Origin: an uncultured Acidobacteriota bacterium
GTDB taxonomy: Bacteria > Acidobacteriota > Terriglobia > Acidiferrales > UBA7541
Direction of reading: 5' to 3'
Assembly (NCBI GenBank): GCA_963753745.1
Contig: CAVWDX010000011.1
Location: 81,071-145,070, forward strand
Length of the DNA: 64,000 bases
In this document: positions 27,666-37,910 of the stretch, piece after piece
Layout of the letters: each line of letters opens with the position of its first letter
Position numbering within the stretch: position 1 is the first letter of the stretch
Position numbers and translations under genes: made by a program
The notes under the pieces: model-generated
What the model saw: only the letters and a program-made list of their open reading frames with translations
What the model was told of the DNA's origin: nothing
The model's database searches: none

Positions 27666-28065
27666 GCAGTTCACGGAGTAGGCTCCGCCGCAAGCGAAAT
27701 CGACGGCGGAGGATACTTCTAAGATAGCACGGCTGCGTCCTCTACAAGTCTTCTGCCCGAAAAAAACTTTATCCGCAGAGTACCGCGTGAATCAGGCGGG
27801 GAGAAGCCGGAACGGCGTTGAGCAGGCGCAAGGATCAGAGTTATTCCAGCGATTTCAAACTGTTCGAAGCCGTTGTTTTGGCGGGGGCTTGCAGCTGATG
27901 GAAATATTTTTCAAAAAACTGCGCGAGACGGTTGCATTCGAGAAAGTTTTATCGGAAACTATGCGGTCATTTACGAGCCGGGTGCGCACCTCCCGGCCAT
28001 GACATCGCGGCGTCTCCAGGTTCCCGCTCCTTCCCGGGGAGGCTTCGCCAAAGTGCAACGCTGAT

Positions 28066-28725
28066 ATGGCCCAGATTTTTCATCGCAGCACGAATTTTAT
28101 CTCGCGGTTCAGTCTGATCTCGGCTGCAGTTGTGGCTAGCCTGGGGCTATTGGGCGTTTTAGGGATAGCTCGCTCGCCCTATCGCACGAACCAGTATGTG
28201 ACGCGCGAGCAGCCCGTGCAATTCAGCCATAAGCATCACGTGGGCGACGACGGAATCGACTGTCGTTACTGTCATACTTCCGTTGAGACGTCCTCGTTTG
28301 CGGGCATCCCGCCGACAAAAACATGCATGAATTGCCATTCCGTGCTGTACGCCGATTCCGCTTATCTGGAGCCTATCCGCGAGAGCTACCGCACGGACCA
28401 GTCGATTCGGTGGGTCAAGGTCCACCGCCTCCCCGATTTCGTTTATTTCAATCACAGCATCCACATCAGCAAAGGCGTGGGTTGTTCGACGTGCCACGGT
28501 TCGGTCAACGAGATGCCGCTGGTGTTTCAGGCGTCTCCTCTGTTGATGGAGTGGTGCTTGGATTGCCATAGGAACCCGGAAAAGGCCCTGCGGCCGCTTG
28601 ACCAAGTTTTCAATATGGATTGGAAAGCGCCCGACAAACAGGAAGAAATCGGTAAGGAATTTGCAAGGGAACGGAAAATTCGCACAACGGCAGAACTGAC
28701 GAGCTGTTCGACCTGTCATCGCTAA
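28066..28725 (+). CDS. actA: alternative complex III pentaheme cytochrome c subunit
   Basis: Five CxxCH motifs (CRYCH, CMNCH, CSTCH, CLDCH, CSTCH); N-terminal TM helix; first gene of the operon. Confidence 0.92.
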   Translation: MAQIFHRSTNFISRFSLISAAVVASLGLLGVLGIARSPYRTNQYVTREQPVQFSHKHHVGDDGIDCRYCHTSVETSSFAGIPPTKTCMNCHSVLYADSAYLEPIRESYRTDQSIRWVKVHRLPDFVYFNHSIHISKGVGCSTCHGSVNEMPLVFQASPLLMEWCLDCHRNPEKALRPLDQVFNMDWKAPDKQEEIGKEFARERKIRTTAELTSCSTCHR

Positions 28726-31700
28726 TGGACGATATGCGCGAAAACGAATTTATGGACGGCCAGACGCACGAACGCGGGACACACGAGGCATCCGTGCACG
28801 AAGACGATCATTCCGAGACGCACGCCGAGGATTCCACCGTGCACGAGCATACCCTGGACCTCCCAGCGATTCGCGCGAAGCTGCGAGGAAAAGCCGGTAA
28901 ACAATATTGGCGGACACTTGAAGAGCTGGCTGACGATCCGCACTTCGAGGAACTGCTGCACCGCGAGTTTCCACGGCAGGCCTCGGAGTGGGACGAAACA
29001 GTCGATCGGCGCGACTTCTTGAAGCTGGCCGCAGCGTCGCTCGCCTTCGCAGGGATTTCGGGTTGCGGCAACCTGCCTGAGCAAGTGATCGTGCCATACG
29101 TAAAGCAGCCTGACGGAATGATTCTAGGCAAGCCACTCTATTACGCGACGGCGATGCCGTTCGGCGCGGACGCCGTTGGACTGCTGGTCGAAAGCCACGA
29201 AGGCCGGCCCACACACGTTGCGGGGAATCCCGATCATCCTTCAAGTCTGGGCGGCACGGATGTGATCGCGCAGGCTTCCGTCCTCAACTTGTACGACCCG
29301 GATCGCGCGCAGACAGTCACGAATCTGGGAGAGATTCGTACCTGGGAGGAGTTTCTGGCAGCCGCGCGGACTTTGGCTCAGCGCGCCACAATTTTAAATG
29401 GCGCCGGTTTCCGGATTCTGACAGGAACAGTCACGTCTCCGACGCTGGCTGCGCAAATCGAGAAGGTACTGAAACAGATTCCCGGCGCGAAGTGGCACCA
29501 GTGGGAACCCGCGGGGAGCGACGGCTCGCGCGAGGGAGGGAAACTCGCTTTCGGACGTTACGTCAACACCGTGTATCGCCCCGAAAAGGCGGACGTCATT
29601 CTTTCGCTGGATTCTGATTTCCTGGCAAGCGGGCCGGGACACATTGGCTACATGAACGCGTTTTACCGCCGAAGGAAGCTGAGTGAGCCAAGCGACACGA
29701 TGAACCGGCTTTATGTGGTGGAGCCGACGCCTTCGGTCACCGGTTCGACTGCGGATCACCGCTTACCGCTGCGGTCTTCCGATGTCGAGCAGTTCGCTCG
29801 CGGTCTGGCTGGACTGGTGGGGCTGGGCGGGAGTGGGGCGCTTGCACCGGCCGCACAAAAATGGCTGGATGCCGTCGCCAGCGACCTGCAAAAGCATCGT
29901 GGGAGTTCTCTGGTGATTGCTGGAGAATTCCAGCCTCCCGCAGTGCATGCTCTCGCGCATGCCATCAACGCTGCTCTCGGAAACGTCGGTACAACGCTCT
30001 ATTACACGGAGCCCGTCGAAGCGAATCCGGTGAATCAGTTGGAATCATTCACCGAGCTTTGCGCCGATATGGACGCAGGCAAAGTCCAAACGCTAGTGAT
30101 GTTCGGCTCGAATCCGGTCTACGACGCTCCGCACAATTTTGATTTCACGTCGAAACTGAAGAAGGTCGCCAATGCGGTGCGGGTTAGCTCTCATTTCGAC
30201 GAGACTGCGGAATACTGCCAGTGGCATATCGCGGAATCGCACTTTCTGGAGACCTGGGGAGACGCGCGGGCTTTCGACGGCACGGTGAGCGTGATTCAGC
30301 CGCTCATCGCGCCGCTCTACCGTTCGCATTCCGCTTTCGAAGTGTTTGCCGCCTTTACCGATAAACCCGATCTGGCCGCCTACGATGCGGTTCGCGACCG
30401 GCTCAACACGCTGGCGGGTTCAGCCGATCCCGAGAAATTCTGGCGCAAGACGTTGAATGACGGCATCATCGCCAATACCGCGTATGCGCCGATTTCCGTC
30501 GCCGCCAAGTTTAGTCCCGCGAGTTTGCCGCCGGCAATGACGCCTCTCCCCGGGCAGCTGGAATTTATTTTCCGCCCGGATGCAAACACTTACGACGGCC
30601 GCTACGCAAATAACGGCTGGCTGCAAGAGCTGGCGAGGCCCGTCACCAAGCTCACTTGGGACAACGCCGCGCTCGTCGGTCCGAAGACCGCGGAGAAACT
30701 CGAGCTCACCCACAAGGTTGCGGCCCGCGGCGGGGAACACGGCCAGATCATCAGCAATGTCATCGACATTTCCATTTCCAACAGCAAAGTCACCGCGGCT
30801 GCCTGGATTCTGCCGGGCCAAGCAGAGGACGTGGTGGTGCTTCCGCTTGGTTACGGCCGCAAAAATGCCGGGTACACGGGCACGAACAAGGGATTCAACG
30901 CCTACGAGGTTCGTGTTTCAGGCGCTCTCTGGAGCACCACGGCGGGCACCGAAGCGATCAAGAAAACCGGCGGTGAATATCCCCTGGCTTGCACCCAGTA
31001 TCACTTCAACATCGAGGGCCGGAAGATCCTCAGCACCGGAACACTTGCGGAATACCGCAAGAATCCTGCATTCGCCCACGAAGGCGATGAACAGCCGCCC
31101 AAGTCCATGTCGCTGTACAAAGAATTCGCCTACCCCGGATACGCATGGGGCATGGCTATTGATTTGAATAGTTGCAATGGCTGCAACGCTTGCGTGATTG
31201 CGTGTCAGTCGGAAAACAACATTCCCGTCGTCGGCAAGGATCAGGTGATGCGCGGGCGGGAGATGCACTGGATTCGCATCGATCGGTATTACTCCGCCAA
31301 AACGCCCACGAACGATCCTTCGACCGATCAGGATGACGTGCTTGAAAATCCCGAGACGTTCTTTCAGCCCGTGCCGTGCCAGCAGTGCGAGAACGCGCCT
31401 TGCGAGCAGGTTTGCCCCGTCGGCGCCACGGTGCATAGCGCAGAGGGCCTGAACGACATGGTCTACAACCGGTGCGTGGGCACGCGCTATTGTTCGAACA
31501 ACTGCCCCTATAAAGTGCGCCGCTTTAATTTTTTCCGCTTCCAGGATTGGGAGACGCCTTCGCTCAAGCTAATGCGAAATCCGGAAGTCACGGTGCGCAG
31601 CCGCGGAGTCATGGAAAAGTGCACCTACTGCGTGCAGCGCATCAACAACGCCCGCATCAATGCGGAAGAGCAAAACCGCCCGATCAAAGACGGCGAGATT

Positions 31701-31919
31701 GTCACCGCTTGCGAATCCGCGTGTCCATCTCACGCCATCGTTTTTGGAAACGCCAACGACCCCAAGAGCCGCGTAGCCATCTTGAAAGCGCAAACGCGAA
31801 GCTACGCGCTTCTAGGCGAACTGAACTCGCGGCCGCGCACCACTTATCTTGCTGCTGTCCGCAATCCAAATCCTGAACTGCCGGCCCCGGCTCAATTAAA
31901 GGACGAGGAGCAGACATGA
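28725..31919 (+). CDS. actB: ACIII molybdopterin-oxidoreductase-like / Fe-S subunit (Tat substrate)
   Basis: YWRTLEEL...EFP leader, DRRDFLKL Tat motif with downstream SGC, ferredoxin motifs CNGCNAC, CQQCENAPC, CVGTRYCSNNC, KCTYC. Confidence 0.92.
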   Translation: MDDMRENEFMDGQTHERGTHEASVHEDDHSETHAEDSTVHEHTLDLPAIRAKLRGKAGKQYWRTLEELADDPHFEELLHREFPRQASEWDETVDRRDFLKLAAASLAFAGISGCGNLPEQVIVPYVKQPDGMILGKPLYYATAMPFGADAVGLLVESHEGRPTHVAGNPDHPSSLGGTDVIAQASVLNLYDPDRAQTVTNLGEIRTWEEFLAAARTLAQRATILNGAGFRILTGTVTSPTLAAQIEKVLKQIPGAKWHQWEPAGSDGSREGGKLAFGRYVNTVYRPEKADVILSLDSDFLASGPGHIGYMNAFYRRRKLSEPSDTMNRLYVVEPTPSVTGSTADHRLPLRSSDVEQFARGLAGLVGLGGSGALAPAAQKWLDAVASDLQKHRGSSLVIAGEFQPPAVHALAHAINAALGNVGTTLYYTEPVEANPVNQLESFTELCADMDAGKVQTLVMFGSNPVYDAPHNFDFTSKLKKVANAVRVSSHFDETAEYCQWHIAESHFLETWGDARAFDGTVSVIQPLIAPLYRSHSAFEVFAAFTDKPDLAAYDAVRDRLNTLAGSADPEKFWRKTLNDGIIANTAYAPISVAAKFSPASLPPAMTPLPGQLEFIFRPDANTYDGRYANNGWLQELARPVTKLTWDNAALVGPKTAEKLELTHKVAARGGEHGQIISNVIDISISNSKVTAAAWILPGQAEDVVVLPLGYGRKNAGYTGTNKGFNAYEVRVSGALWSTTAGTEAIKKTGGEYPLACTQYHFNIEGRKILSTGTLAEYRKNPAFAHEGDEQPPKSMSLYKEFAYPGYAWGMAIDLNSCNGCNACVIACQSENNIPVVGKDQVMRGREMHWIRIDRYYSAKTPTNDPSTDQDDVLENPETFFQPVPCQQCENAPCEQVCPVGATVHSAEGLNDMVYNRCVGTRYCSNNCPYKVRRFNFFRFQDWETPSLKLMRNPEVTVRSRGVMEKCTYCVQRINNARINAEEQNRPIKDGEIVTACESACPSHAIVFGNANDPKSRVAILKAQTRSYALLGELNSRPRTTYLAAVRNPNPELPAPAQLKDEEQT

Positions 31920-33301
31920 GCGCCGGCCAGCCTCCCCTTAATTCTCCAGAGATTCGCCGGCTCTCGCCGGTGCTGGGTCCGGGGCACACCTACGCTTCGA
32001 TCACGGACAAGATTAGCTCGATCGTATTGACCCGGCCCGTTTCGCTTGGGTGGCTGTTGGGATTCGGCATTTGTTTTTGCTTCATCATGCTCCTCAACCT
32101 CGCCGTCGTTTATTTGATCGGCAAAGGCGTGGGCATTTGGGGCATCAACATACCGATCGGCTGGGGCTTCGCCATCGTCAATTTCGTCTGGTGGATCGGT
32201 ATCGGACATGCTGGAACCCTTATTTCCGCGATTCTCTTCCTGCTCAATCAGAAGTGGCGTACCTCGATCAACCGTTTTGCCGAGGCCATGACCCTCTTCG
32301 CGGTGATGTGCGCCGGCATGTTTCCGCTGCTCCACATGGGCCGGCCGTGGTTCTTTTTTTGGATGTTTCCCTATCCCAGCACAATGAAGATCTGGCCACA
32401 ATTCCGCAGTCCCTTGATTTGGGACGTTTTTGCGGTTTCCACCTATTTCACGGTTTCTCTTTTGTTCTGGTTTGTCGGCTTGATTCCCGATCTGGCCACA
32501 CTCCGCGATCGTGCCGTCTCGAAGCCGAAAGCCATCATTTACGGCATGCTTGCCATGGGTTGGCGTGGTTCCGCGCGGCATTGGCAACGTTATCAGTCTG
32601 CCTACCTGCTTCTGGCCGGACTGGCCACGCCGCTAGTGCTCTCGGTGCACACGGTGGTGAGCTTCGATTTCGCCATTGCCATCGTCCCCGGCTGGCACAC
32701 CACGATCTTCCCGCCATACTTCGTGGCGGGCGCGATCTACTCGGGATTTGCCATGGTCCTCACGATCGCCATTCCGCTTCGCAAGGCCTACGGTCTCGAG
32801 GATTTCATCACCATGCGGCACCTGGAAAATATGGCCAAGGTGATGCTGGCCACCGGCCTGATCGTGGCCTACGGCTACTTTTTTGAATTTTTCATGTCGA
32901 TGTACAGCGGCAACAAATGGGATGTATTCCTGGTCGAGCAGCGGCTGCACGGCCCCTACGCGCATTATTATTACGCCTTGATCCTCTGCAACATCCTTAC
33001 GCCGCAACTGCTCTGGTTCGAGAAAATTCGCACCAATGTGTTCATCCTTTTCTTGATGTCGTTGGTCATCAATGTTGGCATGTGGCTGGAGCGCTTCGTG
33101 ATCGTGGTCATCAGCCTGACCCGTGATTTCGTTCCTTCCGCTTGGGGACGCTACTCCGCCACGTTCTGGGACTACGCCGTTCTGGCAGGCACGCTCGGTT
33201 TGTTCGCAGGATTACTCTTCTTGTTCGTTCGCGTCTTGCCGGCGATTTCGATTGCGGAAATGCGTGAGTTGGTGGCGCATAACTCCGAGGAACACGAGTG
33301 A
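31916..33301 (+). CDS. actC: ACIII NrfD/PsrC-family quinol-binding membrane subunit
   Basis: NFVWWIGIGHAGTLISA, HMGRPW, SPLIWD, SVHTVVSFDFA, GMWLERF. Confidence 0.93.
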   Translation: MSAGQPPLNSPEIRRLSPVLGPGHTYASITDKISSIVLTRPVSLGWLLGFGICFCFIMLLNLAVVYLIGKGVGIWGINIPIGWGFAIVNFVWWIGIGHAGTLISAILFLLNQKWRTSINRFAEAMTLFAVMCAGMFPLLHMGRPWFFFWMFPYPSTMKIWPQFRSPLIWDVFAVSTYFTVSLLFWFVGLIPDLATLRDRAVSKPKAIIYGMLAMGWRGSARHWQRYQSAYLLLAGLATPLVLSVHTVVSFDFAIAIVPGWHTTIFPPYFVAGAIYSGFAMVLTIAIPLRKAYGLEDFITMRHLENMAKVMLATGLIVAYGYFFEFFMSMYSGNKWDVFLVEQRLHGPYAHYYYALILCNILTPQLLWFEKIRTNVFILFLMSLVINVGMWLERFVIVVISLTRDFVPSAWGRYSATFWDYAVLAGTLGLFAGLLFLFVRVLPAISIAEMRELVAHNSEEHE

Positions 33302-33849
33302 TGGAACAACACCGATTGCATACCTATGGCGTTGTAGGCGAGTTTGAAACGCCGCGAAAGCTTATTCAGGCTGCGGAGAAGGCGCGCGACGCCGGCTACA
33401 AGTGCATGGATGCGTATACCCCTTTCCCGGTCGAAGGCCTTTCCGAAGCCTTGGGACTCAAGCGTTCGTTGGTGCCGTTAGTGACGCTGACCGGCGGGCT
33501 GCTCGGCGGGCTGAGCGCTTTTGGATTTCAATACTGGGTTTCCGTCATCTCCTACCCGGAAAACATTGGCGGGCGTTCCTTGAATAGCTGGCCGGCGTTC
33601 ATTCCCGTCACATTCGAGTTGACCGTTCTCGGCGCGTCGCTCTTCGCCGTGTTCGGAATGCTGGCGATGAACAAGTTGCCGCAGCCGCACCACCCGCTCT
33701 TTAACGTCGAGCGCTTCCAGAAGCATGCTTCTGTCGACCGTTTTTACCTTTGCTTGGAAGCAACTGATCCGAAATTCAGTGTGGCAGAGGCCACCAAGTT
33801 CTTGAAAGAGAGCGATGCGCATAATGTCAGCGAGGTCGAGGATGATTAA
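33298..33849 (+). CDS. actD: ACIII subunit D (DUF3341-like)
   Basis: DAYTPFPVEGL, PAFIPVTFELTVL; position after actC. Confidence 0.9.
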   Translation: MMEQHRLHTYGVVGEFETPRKLIQAAEKARDAGYKCMDAYTPFPVEGLSEALGLKRSLVPLVTLTGGLLGGLSAFGFQYWVSVISYPENIGGRSLNSWPAFIPVTFELTVLGASLFAVFGMLAMNKLPQPHHPLFNVERFQKHASVDRFYLCLEATDPKFSVAEATKFLKESDAHNVSEVEDD

Positions 33850-34438
33850 TTCCTCGCAAATGCGGCGCATTGCGAAGACGCTCGCATTCCTGTGCGCCGC
33901 GGCGTGCATGCCTTTCATGGCCGGCTGCCGCCAGGATATGGCCGATCAGCCTAAGAACACTCCGCTTTCGCCCAGCACATTCTTTGCGGACGGCCGCTCG
34001 GAACGGCCTTTGATTGACAATACCGTGCCGCGCGGCTCCCTCGTGGACGACCCATTGTTCATACCCAAGGATTCGAATGCTTTTCCTCTGCCCCTGACGA
34101 TGGAGCTTCTGGATCGCGGCCAGGAGCGCTACAAGATTTTTTGTACGCCGTGCCACGGCTTGCAAGGTGACGGCAACGGCATGGTCGTGATGCGCGGGAT
34201 GAAACGTCCGCCCACCTACCATCAGCCCCGTCTTCGCGAAGTTCCCAACGGCTATCTCTTCGACGTGATCACCAACGGCTTTGGGGCCATGCAGGGCTAC
34301 TCGGCGCAGATCCCGCCCGCGGACCGCTGGGCCATCGTTGCGTACGTCCGCGCGCTGCAATTAAGCCGCAACGCCCCGGTTTCCGATCTGCCCGCGGAGC
34401 TGCGGCAGAAGCTTTCTCAAGGAGGCTCCGCGAAATGA
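33842..34438 (+). CDS. actE: ACIII monoheme cytochrome c lipoprotein
   Basis: Lipobox MAGC|RQDM; CTPCHG heme motif; ITNGFGAM. Confidence 0.9.
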   Translation: MINSSQMRRIAKTLAFLCAAACMPFMAGCRQDMADQPKNTPLSPSTFFADGRSERPLIDNTVPRGSLVDDPLFIPKDSNAFPLPLTMELLDRGQERYKIFCTPCHGLQGDGNGMVVMRGMKRPPTYHQPRLREVPNGYLFDVITNGFGAMQGYSAQIPPADRWAIVAYVRALQLSRNAPVSDLPAELRQKLSQGGSAK

Positions 34439-35619
34439 CCGCGCAGGACTACATGGCGCCGGAGAGCATTGGTCGCCTGCAGCAACGCGCATTTGGCGTG
34501 GGGGTAGTCGGTGCGGTTATTTGCATCATCGGCTGGCTTAAGTGGCCGTCGCAATTTTTCCACTCTTATCTCGTTGCCTTTCTTTTTGTCCTCGGTCTGT
34601 CCCTGGGCTCGATGGGCTTGCTGATGCTTCAGCATTTGACCAGCGGGGATTGGGGCATCATCATTCGCCGTCCCTTGGAGGCGGCCTCGCGTACGCTATG
34701 GCTCGTCGCGATCCTCTTCGTACCCGTCATTTTCGGCATGAAGTATATCTACGGCGCCTGGCTGAACGCTCCGGCAACGGGAGAAGGCGCGCTATCTCAT
34801 TTCCAGAAGACGTATCTCACCACAAACAATTTCATCATCCGAGCGGTGATTTATTTCGCCGTTTGGCTGTTGCTGGTGGCTATGCTCGAGCGCTGGTCTC
34901 GTCAGCAGGATGTGGATACCCAAAACCGCGCGTTGCGCCGCAAATTTAAAATGCTCAGCGGACCGGGCATCATTCTTTATGTATTTGGCGTGGGCTTCGC
35001 CTCGATCGATTGGGCTATGTCCCTTTCGCCGCATTGGTTCTCCACGATTTATGGATTCATTTTCGTGGTGGGAGAGGTCATTTCCTCTTTGTGTTTGGTG
35101 ATTGCCGTTGCGGTTTTGCTGTCCCGGACCGCTCCGATGGCCGGCCTGATCCAGGCGCGCCATTTGAGCGACCTTGGCAAGTTGCTGCTCGCGTTTGTCA
35201 TGTTATGGGCCTATTTTTCGTTTTCGCAGCTACTGATTATTTGGTCTGGGAACTTGCCGGATGAGATCAGCTTCTATCGCAGCCGGCTCTACGGGAGCTG
35301 GGGTCTGGTTGCCGTTATTATTTTGATTTTCCATTTTTTCACGCCGTTTTTCATGTTGCTTTCCCGCGAGTTGAAGCGCAGCGTCAGCCTGCTTCCCAAG
35401 GTGGCCCTCCTCCTCATCGTCATGCGCCTCGTCGATCTTTACTGGACGACGCGCCCGGAATTTACCTCCAGCGCCGTACCCAGCTGGTTTGATATTGTCG
35501 TGCCTGTTACGCTCGGTGGACTGTGGCTCGCCTTCTTTGCCAGGAATTTGAAGAGCCAGCCGCTTCTCCCGCTGGGCGACCCAAAACTCGAAGAGGCCAT
35601 TCAAGTCCATGAGTACTGA
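34435..35619 (+). CDS. actF: ACIII membrane subunit F (NrfD-like paralog)
   Basis: SIDWAMSL, WFSTIYG, DLGKLLLAFVMLWAY, WSGNLPDE. Confidence 0.88.
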   Translation: MTAQDYMAPESIGRLQQRAFGVGVVGAVICIIGWLKWPSQFFHSYLVAFLFVLGLSLGSMGLLMLQHLTSGDWGIIIRRPLEAASRTLWLVAILFVPVIFGMKYIYGAWLNAPATGEGALSHFQKTYLTTNNFIIRAVIYFAVWLLLVAMLERWSRQQDVDTQNRALRRKFKMLSGPGIILYVFGVGFASIDWAMSLSPHWFSTIYGFIFVVGEVISSLCLVIAVAVLLSRTAPMAGLIQARHLSDLGKLLLAFVMLWAYFSFSQLLIIWSGNLPDEISFYRSRLYGSWGLVAVIILIFHFFTPFFMLLSRELKRSVSLLPKVALLLIVMRLVDLYWTTRPEFTSSAVPSWFDIVVPVTLGGLWLAFFARNLKSQPLLPLGDPKLEEAIQVHEY

Positions 35620-36067
35620 GCATCACAACGCGGGTCAGGCGGGCGGGCAGCCGCCCACGCACTCGGACGTCAAGTTCGAGGCGGCGGACATCAACACCCG
35701 CACGATTCTGTTGTATCTGTTCTATCTGGCACTGGCCGTGGCTGCCTCATTCTTTGTCAGCATTTATATATTTCGCTTCACCACGAAGCTGGCCGCTGAA
35801 TCGGACACGGCGCCTCCTCCCGTTCGCCAGGGAATTGGGCCCACGATGCCGCCCGAACCGCGTCTTCAAGGCATGCCCGGGCACACGACCGACCCGCAAC
35901 AGGATCTGCGGAACAAGATAAGCGCCGACGAAGCAGCGAATGAAAGGCTTGGCTGGATGGACCAGTCCACCGGCATCGCGCAAATCCCAGTGGAAGAAGC
36001 GATGAAACTCATCGTTTCGAAAGGTTTGCCGGCTTTGCCCGCGCCGCCGGCGGGGAAGAAAAGGTGA
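35609..36067 (+). CDS. small single-TM ACIII-associated protein (ActG-like)
   Basis: One TM helix, PPEPRLQ and GIAQIPVEEAM motifs; lies between actF and sco. Confidence 0.7.
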   Translation: MSTEHHNAGQAGGQPPTHSDVKFEAADINTRTILLYLFYLALAVAASFFVSIYIFRFTTKLAAESDTAPPPVRQGIGPTMPPEPRLQGMPGHTTDPQQDLRNKISADEAANERLGWMDQSTGIAQIPVEEAMKLIVSKGLPALPAPPAGKKR

Positions 36068-36071
36068 AATC

Positions 36072-36923
36072 ATGAACTGGCTGCGTTCCATCCCCGCGGC
36101 GTTTGCTTTATTGCTGAGCGTTAGCGCAGCCACTGCCCAGACGGTTCCGAATAATGTCGGCACGGCCTCGCAGGGACTGCCGCCCATTTTGCAAAACGTG
36201 GGTTTCGAGCCGACACTTAACGCGCGTTTGCCCCTTGATCTTGCTTTCCGCGACGAGACCGGCCGCAATGTTCAGCTGCGCGATTATTTTACGAAAAAGC
36301 CGGTGCTCCTCGCGCTCGTTTACTACGGCTGCCCCATGCTCTGCGATCAGCTTGAGCAGGGCGTCGTCGGCAGCTTGCGCATGCTCTCTTTCAATCCGGG
36401 CCGGGACTACGAGGTGGTTTTTGTCAGCTTCGACCCGCGGGAGTCTCCGGAGATGGCCGCCGAAAAGAAGGCGTCGGCGATGAAGCAATTTCACCGGCCT
36501 GAAACGGCCGACGGCTGGCACTATCTGACTGGATCAGAAGAGTCCATCGATGCGCTCACCAAAGCGGCCAATTTCCGGTATTCCTTCGACAAGAAATCCG
36601 GCCTCTTCGCGCACGCCAGCGGCATCATGCTCCTGACTCCCGATGGCCGCATTTCGCGCTATTTTTATGGGGTCGAGTATCCTGCCCGCGAAGTCCGGCT
36701 CGGCCTGGTGGACGCCTCGGCCGGGAAAATCGGCACGGTTATTGATCACGTTTTACTTTATTGTTTTCAGTATGACCCTTCGTCCGCTCGTTACAGCGCT
36801 TCCATACTCAAGATTCTCCGTTTGGGAGGAGTTTTAACGATTGTTTGCCTGGTCGCAGGAATGTTGATTTTCCGCCGGCGCGATGTTGACGCCGCGCGAA
36901 GGAAGATCCAAGGAGCCCACTAA
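36072..36923 (+). CDS. SCO1/SenC family copper chaperone
   Basis: YYGCPMLC (CxxxC), FAHASG, C-terminal TM helix. Confidence 0.9.
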   Translation: MNWLRSIPAAFALLLSVSAATAQTVPNNVGTASQGLPPILQNVGFEPTLNARLPLDLAFRDETGRNVQLRDYFTKKPVLLALVYYGCPMLCDQLEQGVVGSLRMLSFNPGRDYEVVFVSFDPRESPEMAAEKKASAMKQFHRPETADGWHYLTGSEESIDALTKAANFRYSFDKKSGLFAHASGIMLLTPDGRISRYFYGVEYPAREVRLGLVDASAGKIGTVIDHVLLYCFQYDPSSARYSASILKILRLGGVLTIVCLVAGMLIFRRRDVDAARRKIQGAH

Positions 36924-36926
36924 GCC

Positions 36927-37907
36927 GTGCAGTCGCAATTGCCAATCTACCCGGAGCAGGCCTCCAACTTCGCTCCTCAAGTGGACTCGCTCATGACGTT
37001 CATGATCCTCGTGTCCGCCTTTTTCATTATCGCCATCACCGCCGCGATTATCTTTTTCTTTTTCAAATATCGGCGCAAGAGTGAGAACGAAATCGGCGTG
37101 CCGATTCACGGCGACATGCGTCTCGAACTCACCTGGATTGTCATTCCTTCTCTTTTGGCCATGGTGATGTTCGGTTGGGGAGCCGTGGTCTATGTCGACT
37201 TTCGCCATGCCCCGCAGGACGCTCTGGATATTTACGTGATCGGCAAACAATGGATGTGGAAAGCCGAGCAACCCAACGGACGAAGGGAAATCAATGAGCT
37301 GCACGTCCCGGTGGGCCGCGACATTAAACTCATCCTTGCCAGCGAGGACGTCATCCACGATTTCTACGTGCCGGCGTTCCGCGTCAAGATGGACGTAGTT
37401 CCAGGGCATTACAACACTCTGTGGTTCCGTCCCACCAAGACGGGACGCTATCACTTCTTCTGCTCGCAGTATTGCGGCACAAACCACGCCGTCATGGGCG
37501 GTTGGGTCACCGTGATGGAATCTTCTGACTATGCCACTTGGCTTTCCAGCTCTATCGAGACCGACGTCGATCCCATCCTCGCGGGAGAAAAACTGTTTTC
37601 CGAAAAGTCTTGCAGCACGTGCCACGTGGCTGACGGAACCGGGCGCGGCCCGTCGCTCCAAGGCTTTTATGGCGGCAAGGTTCGATTGGCCGACGGCTCA
37701 ACCGTGACGGCGGACGATGCTTACATCCGTGAATCCTTGCTGCTTCCGAACGCGAAGATCGTCGCCGGTTTTGTTCCCGTCATGCCCTCGTTTCAAGGGC
37801 AGTTGACGGAGGACCAGATTTTGAGTTTGACCGCCTACATCAGGTCTTTGCAATCGCAGCCGGCACCCCCGACTGGTGCGGGCGTGATAGCGGCAGGGAA
37901 AAAATAA
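36927..37907 (+). CDS. coxB: cytochrome c oxidase subunit II with fused cytochrome c domain (caa3 type)
   Basis: SEDVIHDF, CSQYCGTNHAVM CuA ligands, C-terminal CSTCH. Confidence 0.93.
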   Translation: MQSQLPIYPEQASNFAPQVDSLMTFMILVSAFFIIAITAAIIFFFFKYRRKSENEIGVPIHGDMRLELTWIVIPSLLAMVMFGWGAVVYVDFRHAPQDALDIYVIGKQWMWKAEQPNGRREINELHVPVGRDIKLILASEDVIHDFYVPAFRVKMDVVPGHYNTLWFRPTKTGRYHFFCSQYCGTNHAVMGGWVTVMESSDYATWLSSSIETDVDPILAGEKLFSEKSCSTCHVADGTGRGPSLQGFYGGKVRLADGSTVTADDAYIRESLLLPNAKIVAGFVPVMPSFQGQLTEDQILSLTAYIRSLQSQPAPPTGAGVIAAGKK

Positions 37908-37910
37908 GCC

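Noticed and set aside
27560-27670. tRNA-Asn as an island attachment site
   Set aside because: No duplicated tRNA 3' end and no integrase nearby.
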